64,000 nt of DNA from Octopus vulgaris. Lineage: Eukaryota. The position numbers were made by a program, and so were the translations under genes. Positions 42,082 to 56,722 of the stretch are shown piece by piece. The number at the start of each line of letters is the position of its first letter. The first letter of the stretch is position 1. The DNA lies in assembly GCA_951406725.2 (NCBI GenBank), contig OX597827.1, forward strand, positions 28,892,001 to 28,956,000. Reading direction: 5' to 3'. A model generated the notes under the pieces. It was not told the DNA's origin and searched no databases. It saw only the letters and a program-made list of their open reading frames with translations.

Positions 42082-42561
42082 ATATGTATATATATATACA
42101 TGCATACATACATACACACACAGACACATACAAATCAAAATAAAGAACGGAAGAAGTACACATCTTTAATTCATAGTTGATAACAGATGTGATGCAGACA
42201 CGTGTTTCTGTCATGCAAAGGTTTTAGGTTCCTTAGATCCGATGCTGTTCTACAATCTATCGATTCACTTATATCGATCTTAGTACTGTAGATCCAAAGA
42301 TATACGAGAGCATACCTTTTTCAGGGAGTTCACTCCAAGGGAAATTGAAGAGAGCTCAAAAGAATGTGCAATTGTAATTCTTTGATCTACACATTTTCTT
42401 GTCTTTCCCACTGGTCGATATATTTAACCAAGTTCGGATTACAACAGAGGGCTTACAAAATACCTGGCCGGATTCTGAAATGCTTATTACTTTGTGGTGT
42501 TTGTATGTATATATGTGCGTGAGTGTGTGTGTGTCTGTGCCTGCATAAGTATATGTGTGTG

Positions 42562-42652
<91 letters not shown>

Positions 42653-42693
42653 CATACACACATAGATATATATATATATGTATATATACATAC

Positions 42694-42751
<58 letters not shown>

Positions 42752-42756
<5 letters not shown>

Positions 42757-42876
42757 TATAAAGGAGCTTCTACAGGACTAGAACTGTTTCATTCAAGAGA
42801 AATCATCAGGAAGCTTCCTGATGATTTCTCTTGAATGAAACAGTTCTAGTCCTGTAGAAGCTCCTTCTATATAATA
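42752..42876. repeat. Near-perfect palindrome (about 62-bp arms, no loop) with an HHR core on each arm
   Basis: Centre AAG|CTT at 42813/42814; CTGATGA-TTTC(TCTT)GAAT-GAAAC-A-GTT at 42818-42845. Confidence 0.85.
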
Positions 42877-42953
42877 AATTAATTTTACTCTGCTATGTAT
42901 TGAGTACCTTATTTACTGTGGTTAACCCCGAATCAACCCGGGACCTACATATA

Positions 42954-43157
<204 letters not shown>

Positions 43158-43604
43158 ATATATATGCATACATACAAACACACACACAGTATATAGACAT
43201 ATATAATGCATGATCGGCCAGAATATCGGTTGTTCTTATACATCGCTTATACACCCCCACCCCCAATATTCCTTGTTTTATCTGAAGGCTACTGCGTCGC
43301 AGAATTATCCTTTTACAGCTGAGTTGTCTGAAGCAATAGGAAATCAAGTGTTTTGCTCAAGAACGCAACGTGCAGCCGTTGTGGCTATCAAAACCACGAC
43401 CTCGTGAGGGCAACACTCTTAATCACGAGGCCACGCGCCTTCACACACACGCAAACACACACATAAACACACACACACACACACACACACTTATGTATAT
43501 TCCTCCTTTGTTAGCTTATTGAGATAGTTCTCTTGTCAGCTTTGACTCTTATTTCTAGCAATACCGGTACCGTCTGACACTTTAGTGACGTTTATATATA
43601 TATA

Positions 43605-43704
43605 CTTATTCTCTCGGTCTCTTTTCCCGACCCGCTATGTTACGGGCACGTAAATACACCAGCATCGGTTGTCAAGCGATGTTGGATGGACAAACACAGA
43701 CACA

Positions 43705-43748
<44 letters not shown>

Positions 43749-43930
43749 TACACACTCATATATATACATATATACGACGGGCTTCTTTCAGTTTCCGTCT
43801 GCCAAATCCACGCACAAGGCTTTGGTCGGCTCGAGGCTATAGTAGAAGACACTTGCCCAAGGTGCCACGCAGTAGGACTGAAACCAAGACTATATGGCTG
43901 GTAAGCAAGCTATTTACCACAGAACCACTC
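43605..43930 (-). mobile_element. SINE family A
   Basis: Reverse complement of the family A consensus. Confidence 0.8.
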
Positions 43931-44110
43931 CTATATATATACTTTCATTTTTTTATTCTCTTACTTTTATCAGTCATTTGAATGCGGTCATGCTGGAGCA
44001 CCGCCTCAAGTCGAACAAATCGACCCCAGGACATATTCTATCGGACTTTTGTGTGGAACCGCTAAGTTTCGGGAACAAACACAGGCACAAACATACTCGC
44101 ACACGCACAC

Positions 44111-44167
<57 letters not shown>

Positions 44168-44499
44168 CTTAATCCAAACATGAAAACACAAAGAGAAAAC
44201 ACAACGCAAAAACGTGGACCAAGTATAGTGTTATTGGACGCTCAGGAAGGAAAGAAAGAACGAAGATATAACGTTTCGAGCGGAGACTTTGTCAGAAACA
44301 TAGGAAAAGGAAAGATCCAAGGAAGGGAAGACGGAGGAAAAAATCGCCAACGATATATATATGGAGATGTACTCGCATAGCAAGTAATTTGATCTGAGAT
44401 CGTGTGCTGAAACGAAAACAATTGCAGCGTGGAAGGTGTTTATAAGCCATTTAAGAAACACACAAAAGCCGTTCGATTCACTTCAACATTTAAGTTTAA

Positions 44500-44549
44500 T
44501 TTGTCAAAATATTTTCGTCGCTAAAATCCGCGACCTGTTCACTGACAAA
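44500..44549 (-). ncRNA. Type I hammerhead with swapped G3-C8 core
   Basis: TTTGTCA-GTGAACA-G-GTCGC(GGATTTTA)GCGAC-GAAA-ATAT-TT-TGACAAA. Confidence 0.7.
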
Positions 44550-45564
44550 AATCCGTGCTGCATCTGAGAAAGTAACAGTTAGTTCGTCATATATATGTAC
44601 GTATGTATGTGTGTATGTATGCATACATGTGTGTATGTATGTACGTATGCATGTACGTACATACGCCTGTGTATGCATGTATGCATGTATGTATGTATGT
44701 ATGTATGTATGTAGGTATGTATGTATGTATGTATGTATGTATGTATGTATGTATATATGTATGTGTGTGTATATGCACGCACATACACTCTATAAACATA
44801 AAGCTATAAACCTGTAGCGATGGATGGATGTAGAGTGATCACTCATCACAATGCTATCAAATTTCAACTTCCTCCGGCCGAAGCTTGGAAGTGATTTACG
44901 ACGCTTACTCCCAAAACTATACCCTAAAACCTATTATCAGATCTTTATCTCTATATCACAGAACTTTTGTTTTACTATTGTGCGTATGTATGTATGTATG
45001 TATGTATGTGCGTATGTATGTATGTATGTATGTATGTATGTATGTATGTATGTATGTATGTATGTGTGTATGTATGTGTGTATGTACATACGTACGCATG
45101 TGCGTATGTATGTATACGCGCACGTATGCATGTGCCCATGTATGTGTGTGCGTACATGTACGTGCGTATGTACGTGTGTATGCCCATACGTAGGTATGTA
45201 TATATGTTTGTACTCATGTGCTACGTATGTATGTGAGTGTCTAGGAGAATGGGCAGACGTGTCTGTGAGAGTGTGTACATGTGTATGTGTATGTGAACGT
45301 ATGTCCGTGTACTGGCATGTGTCCGTCCAAGTTGTGTACATGACTGTTACTTTGTTGAAAATTGTATACATATTCACATATATGTTTGTTTAGACGCACA
45401 CACATATATATATATGTGTGGGTGTATGTTTGTTCCTCTCATCATCGTCTAACCGTGAATGGATACAACGCCTAAGTGCAACTGTACGTATCAAACAACG
45501 TACGCTCATACCGTTATATATAACTGCACATACGCATTGCAACCTGTATGTAAGGACTACAGGT

Positions 45565-45625
<61 letters not shown>

Positions 45626-45627
45626 GG

Positions 45628-47435
45628 TTATAGAATAGCCCTTCTGAATGGGATCTGGATGTTACTCCATTCGGACTTTCGGTTGAGAGTAGGTTTGTAT
45701 TCTTGTATACAAACAGCTTCTGTGACCTGTCTCAACATTGCATCGGTGGGATGTGTTGATAGGATGTTCAACTTAAGTTTCCCTAAGGATTCCTTGTGGC
45801 AGTCTACAGCATGTTGGTAGAAGATGGAGTTTGGCTTCCTTTCAATGTAGTTGTCCAGGTGTTCTTTGAACCTATCATTGATGCTTCTAGAAGTCTCACC
45901 TATGTATGACTCTGGGTTAGTCGCGCAAGCTCCCTCCTGGCACTTAATCTGGTATACAGTGCCCTTGGTTTTACAATTTACATGTGGATTTGTCGAACAT
46001 ACTGCACAATTACTTTGACAGGTGATTCTATCAAATGGATATGATCTGCATAATGCCGATTTGATAGTCCTACCTGTCTTTTCTACAACTTTAATTTTTA
46101 GGCCCGTAGTGCGCAGGATTTTCTTGAATGCCTTACTTAGCTCGTTCTTAGGTGTGGTGTCAACGAACATCACTCCGTGAAATCTCCTGTTATCGTACCA
46201 AGTAACGTTTCTCATCTTTTTGTTGGTGTCCCTCTCTAACCTATTCCAGAACTTGTTGCGGTATAGGGGGCATATACCGTTTTCGTCGTTCCTTAGAATG
46301 CGTTCGAATCTAGCTTTCGCTCCTTTGTACACCCTGACTCTATCGTCTTGTGTGTATCCGGAGCGTTGCATTCGGAATATGTAGTGCTGGATGTGTTGTT
46401 GTCGTTCTTGCGGTTGGCATAGTGGTGATACATTCCTCATTACTCTAACTAAGTCTGCTACTAGGATGTTGAGTTTGGCAGTATCCGACATAGCTGAGTC
46501 ACTACGGATTACTAGTGGATTAGCCATCGGTTTCTGATAGTGTGAGTGGAGTATACAGGGTTTAATGGTTCTATTCACCATAGCATCTTCCATCCATAGC
46601 TCAGTATCTAGAACGGGTAATCGTTTACTGGGGTGTTTAGAGGGGTAGTCTATGGTAAGTTTTATACTGCTGTGGATAGAGTCAGCTATGTGTTGTATAG
46701 ATGTCATCACCTGTTCTTCACTTGGTAGAGGGCCCATAACTGTGTCTGTATTATATTTCACAACAAGGTTAATGTCGTCGACGTAACGAGAGTACATAGC
46801 CAAGTGGATGTTACGGTTTGCTAGGTACTGTTTAAAACGCTTGTCCCACCATACCATGAAGAGGTTTGCAACGTCACCGGCGATCCCCACTCCAATAGCA
46901 CCGCCTTTCGTTTGCTTATACAGTTTGTTGTCAAAATTTAAGAATATGTGTTTTTAGCGTAAACCTCAGGCTGACACCGATAGCATGTGCGATGGTGGTT
47001 CTAATATCGTGTGCACTTGAAGGTGGGTAGTCCGGCTTTGTCCATCCCTGCCAGCGCTCACAGTGAGTCTTCCTGTAAGCTGAGGTAATGGTAGGTGGTC
47101 TACCGCGTTTGTTACGGGTGGGACAAGCATATAGAAGGTTATTGCGCGACAGGTATTCATTGGTACACGTCAGGGCCAGGAAGAGCCCTAGTTCATATAC
47201 ATCCACATTCTTAAATATCATACCACTCTCACTAACTATTTCTATACATTTATCGACAGCAAAGTCTACATCGATGGAGGGGTATAGTGATACCACATCC
47301 ATGCTACCCACGATGTGGTTCTTGAGGTCACACGTGTTGTTGCATTCGCGGATCCTGCTAAGGAGGTCCTCAGTACTGTCACATACATCCGCAGATAGTT
47401 CTATTAACGGTCGTAGGAATTGTGAGTGAAAATTG
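45628..47435 (-). mobile_element. Penelope-like retroelement, 5'-truncated, RT + GIY-YIG, one frameshift near 46935
   Basis: GSMDVVSLYPSI, YKQTKGGAIG..DVANLFM, YSRYVDD, LPVLD; then CAVC..NC..KGTVYQIKC..YIGETSRSINDRFKEH..RQVTEA..PTLN. Confidence 0.95.
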
Positions 47436-47437
47436 TG

Positions 47438-47510
<73 letters not shown>

Positions 47511-47519
47511 CATATATAT

Positions 47520-47703
47520 ACGACGAGCTTCTTCTGGTTTCCGTCTACCAAATCCACTCACAAGGCTTTGGTCGGTCCGAGGCTACAGCAGAAGGTGTCG
47601 AAGGTGCCACGCAGTGGAACTGAATCCAGAACCATGTTGATGGCAATCAAGCTTCTTACCACACAGCCACTCCTACGGTTCACCAAAGAGCCACTTCTGC
47701 GCC
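47520..47703 (-). mobile_element. SINE family A, 5' part
   Basis: cttaccacacagccactcct...gccacgcagtggaactgaatcc. Confidence 0.75.
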
Positions 47704-48193
47704 TATACATACATATATATATATATACACCACCTTTTTCAATGTCAGTAGACCCCCTTCGCAGTTGTAATAATTCCATTTCTCTTGGAGGCCGTTCTAA
47801 AACATTTGTTCCTTGGCTATTCTTGTAAAATATCGTGGAACTTAATATTGGTCCCGCTTAATTTTTCTGAACGCTTCGTGATACTGCCAGCATGGAAGCG
47901 TTCGATTATTGCAAAATACACAGTGAGAGGGTAATCCAAATAAATATGAACTCTATAATTTTCTTCCTTCTTATCATCATCACCATCACCATCTTCCACT
48001 TCTTCTTCGTTTTCTTCTTCTTCTTCTTCTTCTTCTTCTTCTTCTTCTTCTTCTTCTTCTTCTTCTTCTTCTTCTTCTTCTTCTTCTTCTTCTACTTCTT
48101 CTTCTTCTTCTTCTCCTCCTTCTACTTCTTTCACTCTATTCTCATATATATATATATACGTGTATATATGTGCTTATGTTCATATTTATATAC

Positions 48194-48271
<78 letters not shown>

Positions 48272-49021
48272 GTGTGTGTAAAGTATTAATATTGTTGATA
48301 TACGTCAATCTAAAGGCAGTGCATTATGCAGACCTGTCGGAGGCCGACCAAATATTTTAAAATTAGATTAATGCAGCTGAAATATTACAAAACTTTCTTT
48401 CCACTGTTTCTCACATTATATTTCTGATTTCAAAAATTATGTTCGAAACAATGCATGAGTAGATAATTGCTCCACTCTAGAAGACAACACAGAAATTTCA
48501 TACCCCAAACAACACGGTACCCTATCCAACACATTACCCCACATCACTGAACCAGCAGGTGTATTCTGTACATTATATCTTCCGTTATTATGGCTCCCAT
48601 CACTCGTTCTAATTCAGGAATGGATTGTATATTCATCAACCCAATCAAAAAATAATTGCGTTGTCATTTACAAATGTTAACTTCCAGGATTTATAGAACT
48701 GAAGACATTCAGGTAATAGTTTTGGTGCCCACATCTAGAAACTATAGTCGGTCTCTGATTGAATGTTTTTTTTTTTTTGTTTTCATCTTGATATTTTTTT
48801 CTTCTTTTTTTTTCTGGGAGTGACAAAGAACATAAAGCATTCTCGTGCACTTTGTTATTTTATTCTATATCTTTGCAAACCAATTCCTCAATTCCTCGCT
48901 GGAAATTATTTGTATGTAAAAAAGTATTCGTATACACACATACATGCAAAAGTACATACATACAGACAAATACAAAAACAAACAGATAGACATACACACA
49001 CACGCATATATATATATACAC

Positions 49022-49066
<45 letters not shown>

Positions 49067-49067
49067 A

Positions 49068-49111
<44 letters not shown>

Positions 49112-49145
49112 GTGTATATATATTCATGTATATATATATATATAA

Positions 49146-49179
<34 letters not shown>

Positions 49180-49458
49180 TCATGTATGTATGCATGTATA
49201 TATGTATGCTTATAGAAACATGTATATGTGCATGTGCATATATATGTACGTATATATATATACCCACATATATGTGTATGTATATGTATATATATATATA
49301 TATATATACATACATACATACATATGTATATGCGTATATATGTATATATGTATGTATATATATATATACATACATATATATGTATATGCGTATATATGTA
49401 TATATATATATATACATACATATATATGTATATGCGTATATATGTATATATACATATA

Positions 49459-49489
<31 letters not shown>

Positions 49490-50830
49490 ATGTATGTATG
49501 TATGTATGTATGTATGTATGTATGTATGTATGTATGTACGTGTGCATGTATGAAAATAAAGAATAGAAGTGAACAGTTAAAATAATAAATCGGAGAAGCA
49601 ATGATGTCACCTGCTTATCTCAGCAAAAGGAAAGGCAATTCTAATAAGTCTCTTATGGTGATGGTTATAACAGCATGACATTTTCATATAATTAGCTCCA
49701 CGACAAATCTTCCTCTCTTATATTCTTGATGTATGCTGTTTGTTGTTGTATCCTTGCTATGTCCACCCCCCACCGTTTTTTTAGACAACTTGTAGTCTAT
49801 GTTTCAGTTGTTATTGCCTTAGTAACAGTTGTTGTTGTTGCTTTTGCTGTTGGTTGTTGTTGTTGTTGTGCTGTATCCTTTCATCCAACAAAGTTGGTGA
49901 AAGACAGTGTCAAAGGAACCAATTTGACGCATGCCTTCTTAGCATTTTGTTGAGCTTTCTCTCCCCTGCCGTTTTATATCTTACAAGATCCTATTTTCAT
50001 TCATTCGTTAATTCTATTTGTTTCTTTGTTGTTTTTCTTGCTTTTTATTTTTATTTTCGTTATAGCCAATCTTATTCCCTAAAGTAAAGTGACACCGATC
50101 GCTAACTACACAAAATCATTACAGTGAAAGGACAAACAATAAAAAAGAAAGGAAGAAAGAAACCTCGAACCAACTACAAAACAAAATAGAAAAGAATTAA
50201 GAAGGAATACGCAACACGCAACCTGAAGTTTGTCCTTGTTAAAGTCAAGATGACATTACTAGAAATTACGATGAACTGTTCAAATAATAACATAAAAGAG
50301 GCATATAAATAAATTCCGCATAACAATATTATGTGAAATATGTCAGAAGAGAATCCTTAAAAACGGATTTGTTTGACTCTCTTCCACTTTTGTTATAATT
50401 GTATTGTTACTTTAACGAAATATGACGAAACCAAAATTTCAAAATCCAATATTTATTTAATGGTGCTCCTCTCAGAATATTTTAAATACTTCATTTATTT
50501 TCTATTGTGTTTTCTGCATGCTAATTGATTGGTGGTTCATATATCTTGTCGTCGTACAAACTAGGCAGATGACTGTCGTATCAAATATATTTCCACAGAG
50601 AATCTCACGTAAGAAAAACAACGACAACAATAACGGCAAGAAAGCCACCGCAACGACGACGACGACGACAAAGAAATTGATTGTAAGATAATGGAAGCAA
50701 TCGGAATCAGGTGTTATTAACGTATCTAAGATTCACCATAGTCATTTCGTTTTTAAAACTTCACAGCTTTCGTATCATCATGGAATCCATAATAGTTAGA
50801 TGTTCCTTGTCACGTGCTACTCTCAATCAT

Positions 50831-50916
<86 letters not shown>

Positions 50917-50933
50917 CACATATGTATTATTAA

Positions 50934-50975
<42 letters not shown>

Positions 50976-52550
50976 CATTATTATTAACATCATTCAGTAG
51001 TCTTATTTTTATCACGTGCTTTCACTGCACTACCGAGCGCAGCTCTGTGTGCCTTGGTTATGTGCTGTGGTTTGCTGTGATGCTCTGATGGTTACTGTAT
51101 TGAAAGTATTTTACGTAGGATGTGTGCGGTGCCTAATAGTGCTATTTTCTATTTCGTTATTGGGAGATCGACAAAAAAGTACTCACTTAAGTGAGAGATA
51201 AATATCAATTAATACACCCACAATTTAAATGCAAGCTACTATGTTTCATGCACTCATAGTACAATAGTCGGACAAGCTTGTATTGTGTGCTGTATACTAT
51301 CATGCAATCTTCTATGGATGTTCTCAGATTATATACAATGAAAAATGAGAAAGTGAGGGAAAAAAGTTTAACAAAAAGAAAATGAGAAAAAAATACTGAG
51401 CAGAGAGACAAGTTGTGTCCCTTTGATCCGTTAGATGGAAATTAAGAATGGTTAGTGTGATTCATTCACTGGGAAGTATTGAAGTTTATAGACTGCTTGC
51501 CTGATCTCAAAAGGATGGTGTTATGCGTTTCGATGATAGAAATCTATCTAGATGCATGTATTTAGCGAAAATCTCAGATCTAGAATTCAGCCGGTCGGTG
51601 GAATTCTTGGATTGAAAAAGGATATGATTTCTTTCGGTTATACAAATACTGCATTACCTTTACCCATAAACCAGTTTTGGACCTGAAAGTCAATAATGCC
51701 CCAGACAACATAAAGTGAAGCATCGTAAAAGGAACCACACCATACGATGATCATGTTGATGTGTCCATCTGTGATTCTCATAAAGGCAGACGTCTGTATG
51801 TTTGAGAAGTTCGCTTAATAACCTCCTCGTTCGGGTTTTAGGCCCCCTGCAGGGCAATTCGAGAAGGACCTTTCTACTGATCAGTACTGTGTCAGTGGAT
51901 ATGAGAGATGAAAGTGCGAGAAAACCTTCACAATTATGAGTGTGTATATGTGTGCATGTGTGAGTGAATGTTAGCGCTTGAGAATAAAATACAACGTTAG
52001 AAAAAATATAAAACTTAGAAATATGAGTTGATTTGTTTCAACATACAATTCGAGGGATTGTCCCAGAATGACCGGAGTTTGGTACTTATTCCATTAATGA
52101 AGCAAGTAAAAGAATATACTCGAATCTAAGCATTCCCCATGGAAAAAGAGCTGTCACCGTAGCAATAAGAAATGTTAGGTTTATTCCTATATTTTGGTTA
52201 GTTTTCACAAATCGATAACTGCAAATTTACTGTAGTGTTTGATACACGTAAAGGTGTACACATACTCACAAGCATATTCTTATATGAAGGTAGAGTGTTA
52301 AGTATAATTACAAGGTGAGAAGAAAACCACGTTTTTTATCTGGAAAGTAGCAAAAGACAGAAAATTGATACATAATTACTATTATTGTTATTATTAATAT
52401 TCTCCATAATTTATGTCTATCGTTGTAATGTACCCCTCACCAGTTGCCCTGGTGGCAAATAAAACAAATCATGATCCTCATGATGATGATAATCCTCATC
52501 GTCATGATAATCAACATCATCATCATCGTTATTATTATTATTATTATTAT

Positions 52551-55500
52551 TTTATGTTTGACTTTTGCTTTATGTTTGTACAAGTTGGCTCCAAATCTCA
52601 CCCAGAGACCTCAAGAGACAACAGGTTGGAAGTTCACGTTGTTGTTATGCCTAGTGTGCCATATATTTGGGGGGTTTTTTGGTGTTGTACTAGTGAATGT
52701 CTAATTGATAAATTTAAAAAAAAGTTTGTTTAAACCTTGAGATTACATAGAGAGTATTTTGCGTAGGATATGAGCAGTTCCCATGAGCATTATCTTTTGA
52801 ATTTCTGCCATTTTGGGGTTTCCTGGTATCTGAGTTAGGTAGCAATCAGCCCCTTTCGCTATCATGCCCAGGGCACTTATGACAACAGGTATTGTTTTAG
52901 TCTTCAGGTTCACATTTTGCTGATTTCTATTTCAAGATCTTTATATTTGCTCAGTTTTTGGTAGGTCTTAACAGATACGTTTATATCGATTGGGACAGTC
53001 ATATCAATGAGGAGGCATGTTCTTTGTCTGAAGTCTTTCAATATGATGTCTGGCCTGTTTGCATCTATCTTTCTGTCAGTTTGAATGGTGAAGTTCCAGA
53101 GGAATGAGATGTGGTCATTTTCAAGCACTGGAGGGGTATTGTGTTCCCACCAGTTTTTTTCATGGGGCAAATCCAGGTTTTTGCAAATTACACAGTGAAT
53201 ATATTGTGCAGCTCTATCATTCCTGTTGAGGTACTCTGTAGGGGCTAGAAGGCTGCACTTGGAGACAACATGATCAATGGTTTCATTTTGTTGTTGACAT
53301 ACACGACATGTTGGGCTACTGCCGTTCTTTAATATGTTGGCCTGGTAGTTTCTTGTTGGTAGGCATTGATCTTGAGCTGCTATGATAAACCCTTCTGTTT
53401 CAGATTTTAAGCCAGAGGCCATCAGCCATTGATGGTTCAGGGCTTTGTCAATATCTGCATTATTCGCTCTCTTTGGGTATTTGCCATAGAGAGGTTTTTC
53501 TTGCCATTTATTATTCAGAATATCTAAGGCCGCAGTTTTGGCACGGGTTTTCATGCGCTTAGCTTTTTCTGTGCTTGTCTCTTGTATGAATATCTCTAAT
53601 TCCAAAATTTGTTGTATTCGGAATTTACTTAGATATTCCTTTGCCTGTTTTGTTACTGAGTATGATGATTTCTTGCTTTCATGTTTTGAGACAAGTTTTA
53701 ACATCCAGTCCTCAGACTTTTTCATGTAGGTGTCTAGGCCAATTGTAGCAATCTTCATTGTTATTGCCAGTTGTAAAAGACCACGGCCTCCCTCTTTTCT
53801 TGGCAGATAAAGTCGTTCTGTATCTGCCATAGGGTGGTGCATTCTATGCATTGTCAACAGTTTTCGTATTTTTCTGTCAAGCATAAATATTTCAGTAATT
53901 GGCCAGTTAACGATATTGAAACTGTAAGTTACGACTGGTATGGCTAATGCATTGATCGCTACGATCCTGTTTCTTGCATTCAGCTCTGTCTTGAGTATTG
54001 CTCTCACTCTTCCATAACATTCTCTCCTGATCCTTTCCTTCATCTCTGAATGCCTTATTCCGTGCTCTTCAATTACCCATAGGTACCTGTAGCTCTCCGC
54101 TGGGTCTAGTTCTTTTATGACATTCTGCTGGTCAATGTTAACGTTAGATGTTTCTGTCATTTTTCCTTTGATAAAGGTAGCTTTTGCACATTTATCGAGG
54201 CCAAATTGCATTCTGATGTCGTCACTGAATTGTTTGACTATCGCTAGTAAGCCCTTGAGTCGTTGGTCATTTTTTTGCAAAAAGCTTTAAATCATCCATG
54301 TAAATGAGATGATTTATATTTTTATCAAACATTCTATACCCGTACTGCACGTCATTGAGCAGTTTTGAGAGAGGTATTAAGGCTAAACAAAAGAGGAGTG
54401 GTGACAGTGAATCACCCTCGAAAATGCCACATGAAACTTTTTCATCACCATCATTTAGGGTTTCATTGTCACTGTTCAAAGTTAGTGTGGTTCTCCATGA
54501 TCTCATACTTACAGTCAAAAGGTTTCGCAGAGTAGGTGCTATCTAATACATTTCCAGGCATTTCTTAATCCAGCTATGTGGTAGGCTATCAAAAGCCTTT
54601 TTATAGTCTATCCAGGCTATTGATAAGTTTTTGTGTCGTTTGTGACAATCTTCTAAAATCATCTTATTGATGAGTAGTTGATCATTACAACCGTAGGATC
54701 CACGTTTACATCCTTTCTGTTCATTAGGGAATATGCTGCTGTCTGTTAAAAAAACTATAAGTATATTCCGTCAGGACAGATGTTAGCGTTTTATACATAG
54801 TTGTTAAGCAGGTTATGGGTCTATAGTTTTTGGGTTCATTTTTGTCTTCACTTTTTAGAAGCAGGAATGTTAACCCATTAACTAGCCAAGGAGGCATTCT
54901 ACTAGGGTGTTGTAAAACATCATTGTACAGTTCTGTTAGCAGTTCATGGCTCTCTGGGAAGGCATTCAGCCAGAAGTTAGGAATTTTATCCTTTCCTGGA
55001 GACTTCCATTTGCTTCACCTCCTGAAAGCAGATCTTATATCTTCTACCTTGACACCCTCCCACTTTCGCTCTTCTAAGGAGTCCAGTTCTGTAGATATTC
55101 TATCAATCCAGGGGGCCTTTTCGCTGTGTGTTTTTTCTTCTGCCCAAATTTTATTCCAAAATCCCTGCACTTCTTCTTTTGATGGTACAGACCTTACAGT
55201 AACTGCTGTTTTTCCTATCTTCCTGTAAAAATTTTTGGGGTTATTTTTGAACATGTTGTCCTTGAAAAATCTAACACGCTTTTAATACCTCGCTATGCGG
55301 GCAGCTTTGGCAGATGCCTTTTGTTTGATGGTTTCTATGGTGGCATCAATATCAAGTATAGTTTTCATATATCTTTTCATTAATTTTGGGGTTTTTGTAG
55401 GTCTGGTAGTCTTGTGAACCTTAAGATTTTTCAAATATTCAATGTCAGACCTAAATAGTTTAATTTGTTGTTGCAAACGCTCTTGCCAAGAAGGCTTTTT

Positions 55501-56636
55501 GTGGGAATGTTGCCGTTTTCTAATCTTTACACCACATAGGATCGTTGAGATTTTCGCGGATGCATAGTATAGGTGGTTGAGATTTGTGATATCAACATCA
55601 TTAGCTGAAATTATATCCTTAAGTGCAAGCCGGACTTTTCCAATTATTTTCATGTTTTGGTTAGAGTTGCGGATTTTAGGGAGTTCATCGCGTTCATCCA
55701 TGCTGGTTTCTTTAATTTTCAGCCATTCAATCATGATTTGATTTTTTAGCTCATGGGTCAATATTTGTGTGACTTTCTTTATCTATTTGATGTTCATCTC
55801 TCTTAGTGTTTATGATTGGTTCAGGGAGTATTTCACTTTGCCTATCACTTATACTAACTCTTTCAATCCTTACTTCATTTATTCCAGCCCTGGGCTGGTC
55901 GATAATTATTTCCTCTGTATTATCTTCTCTAGCTGCAGCTTCGTTCATTTTATCCGATATTGCTTGTCTAATTTGATCAATCTCTACTTCAGTCAGTATT
56001 TTTTTTTTATGTTTCTTCTAACGTTGGCAAGTTTGTTACTGTCTATGTAGGGTCTTGTTTCAGGGTGTTTCTGTCTCCAGTTTAAGTATGTTTGTGCAGT
56101 GTTAGATTTATCTGTGGGGAAATATATGGCATGGTAGAAGGCCTCAAGAACTTCTTTATTATCTTCCCTAGACCATTTTTCCTTCTTTTGCTTTTGATTA
56201 TTTGGTGATGAGCATGGATGGCCATCTGTTGGAATATTCCGGTTGTGGGGTACGTCCAGCTCCTGTGTGTTGGGAAGATTTGATCCAGTAGCTGACTTTT
56301 CAATCAGAATTTGGTTCAATTTTCGGGTACGTGGTCTTTTGTAATCCGCGCGATGACCATTGCGGTTTGTAGTTTGCTTTGTTGACATTGACGCATGACG
56401 AGCTTCCACTCTTACATTAGGAGATGGATCTGTCAGTTTAGGGTTCTCTACACGTAAGCATTGCTCGTAGCGCAGCTTCTTAAGGCTAGCAGATCTGTAT
56501 TCGTCTGTATTTTTTTTGTTGATAGTTTTATCTCCGAACATATGTTTTTTTCCTTTTTCCTTTCCTTCTCTTCCTTTTTTCTTCTCTCTTTTTTCTTTCT
56601 CCTTCCTTCTTTCCCCTTCCTCTTTTAAACTTATAA

Positions 56637-56637
<1 letters not shown>
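52551..56637 (-). mobile_element. R4/Dong-like non-LTR retrotransposon (RT + restriction-like endonuclease), near full length, disrupted
   Basis: N-terminal KWSREDNKEVLEAFY; GIFEGDSLSPLLF; HLIYMDDLKLF; CRVC..ETIDHVVSKC; RPDII..LIDMTVP..KLSKY; (TAA)n on both sides. Confidence 0.92.
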
Positions 56638-56695
<58 letters not shown>

Positions 56696-56722
56696 CATTA
56701 TTATTATTATTATTATTATTAT

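Noticed and set aside
48320-48500. Possible decayed GIY-YIG (VG..TKYFKIRLMQ)
   Set aside because: Needs frameshifts and is too short to support.
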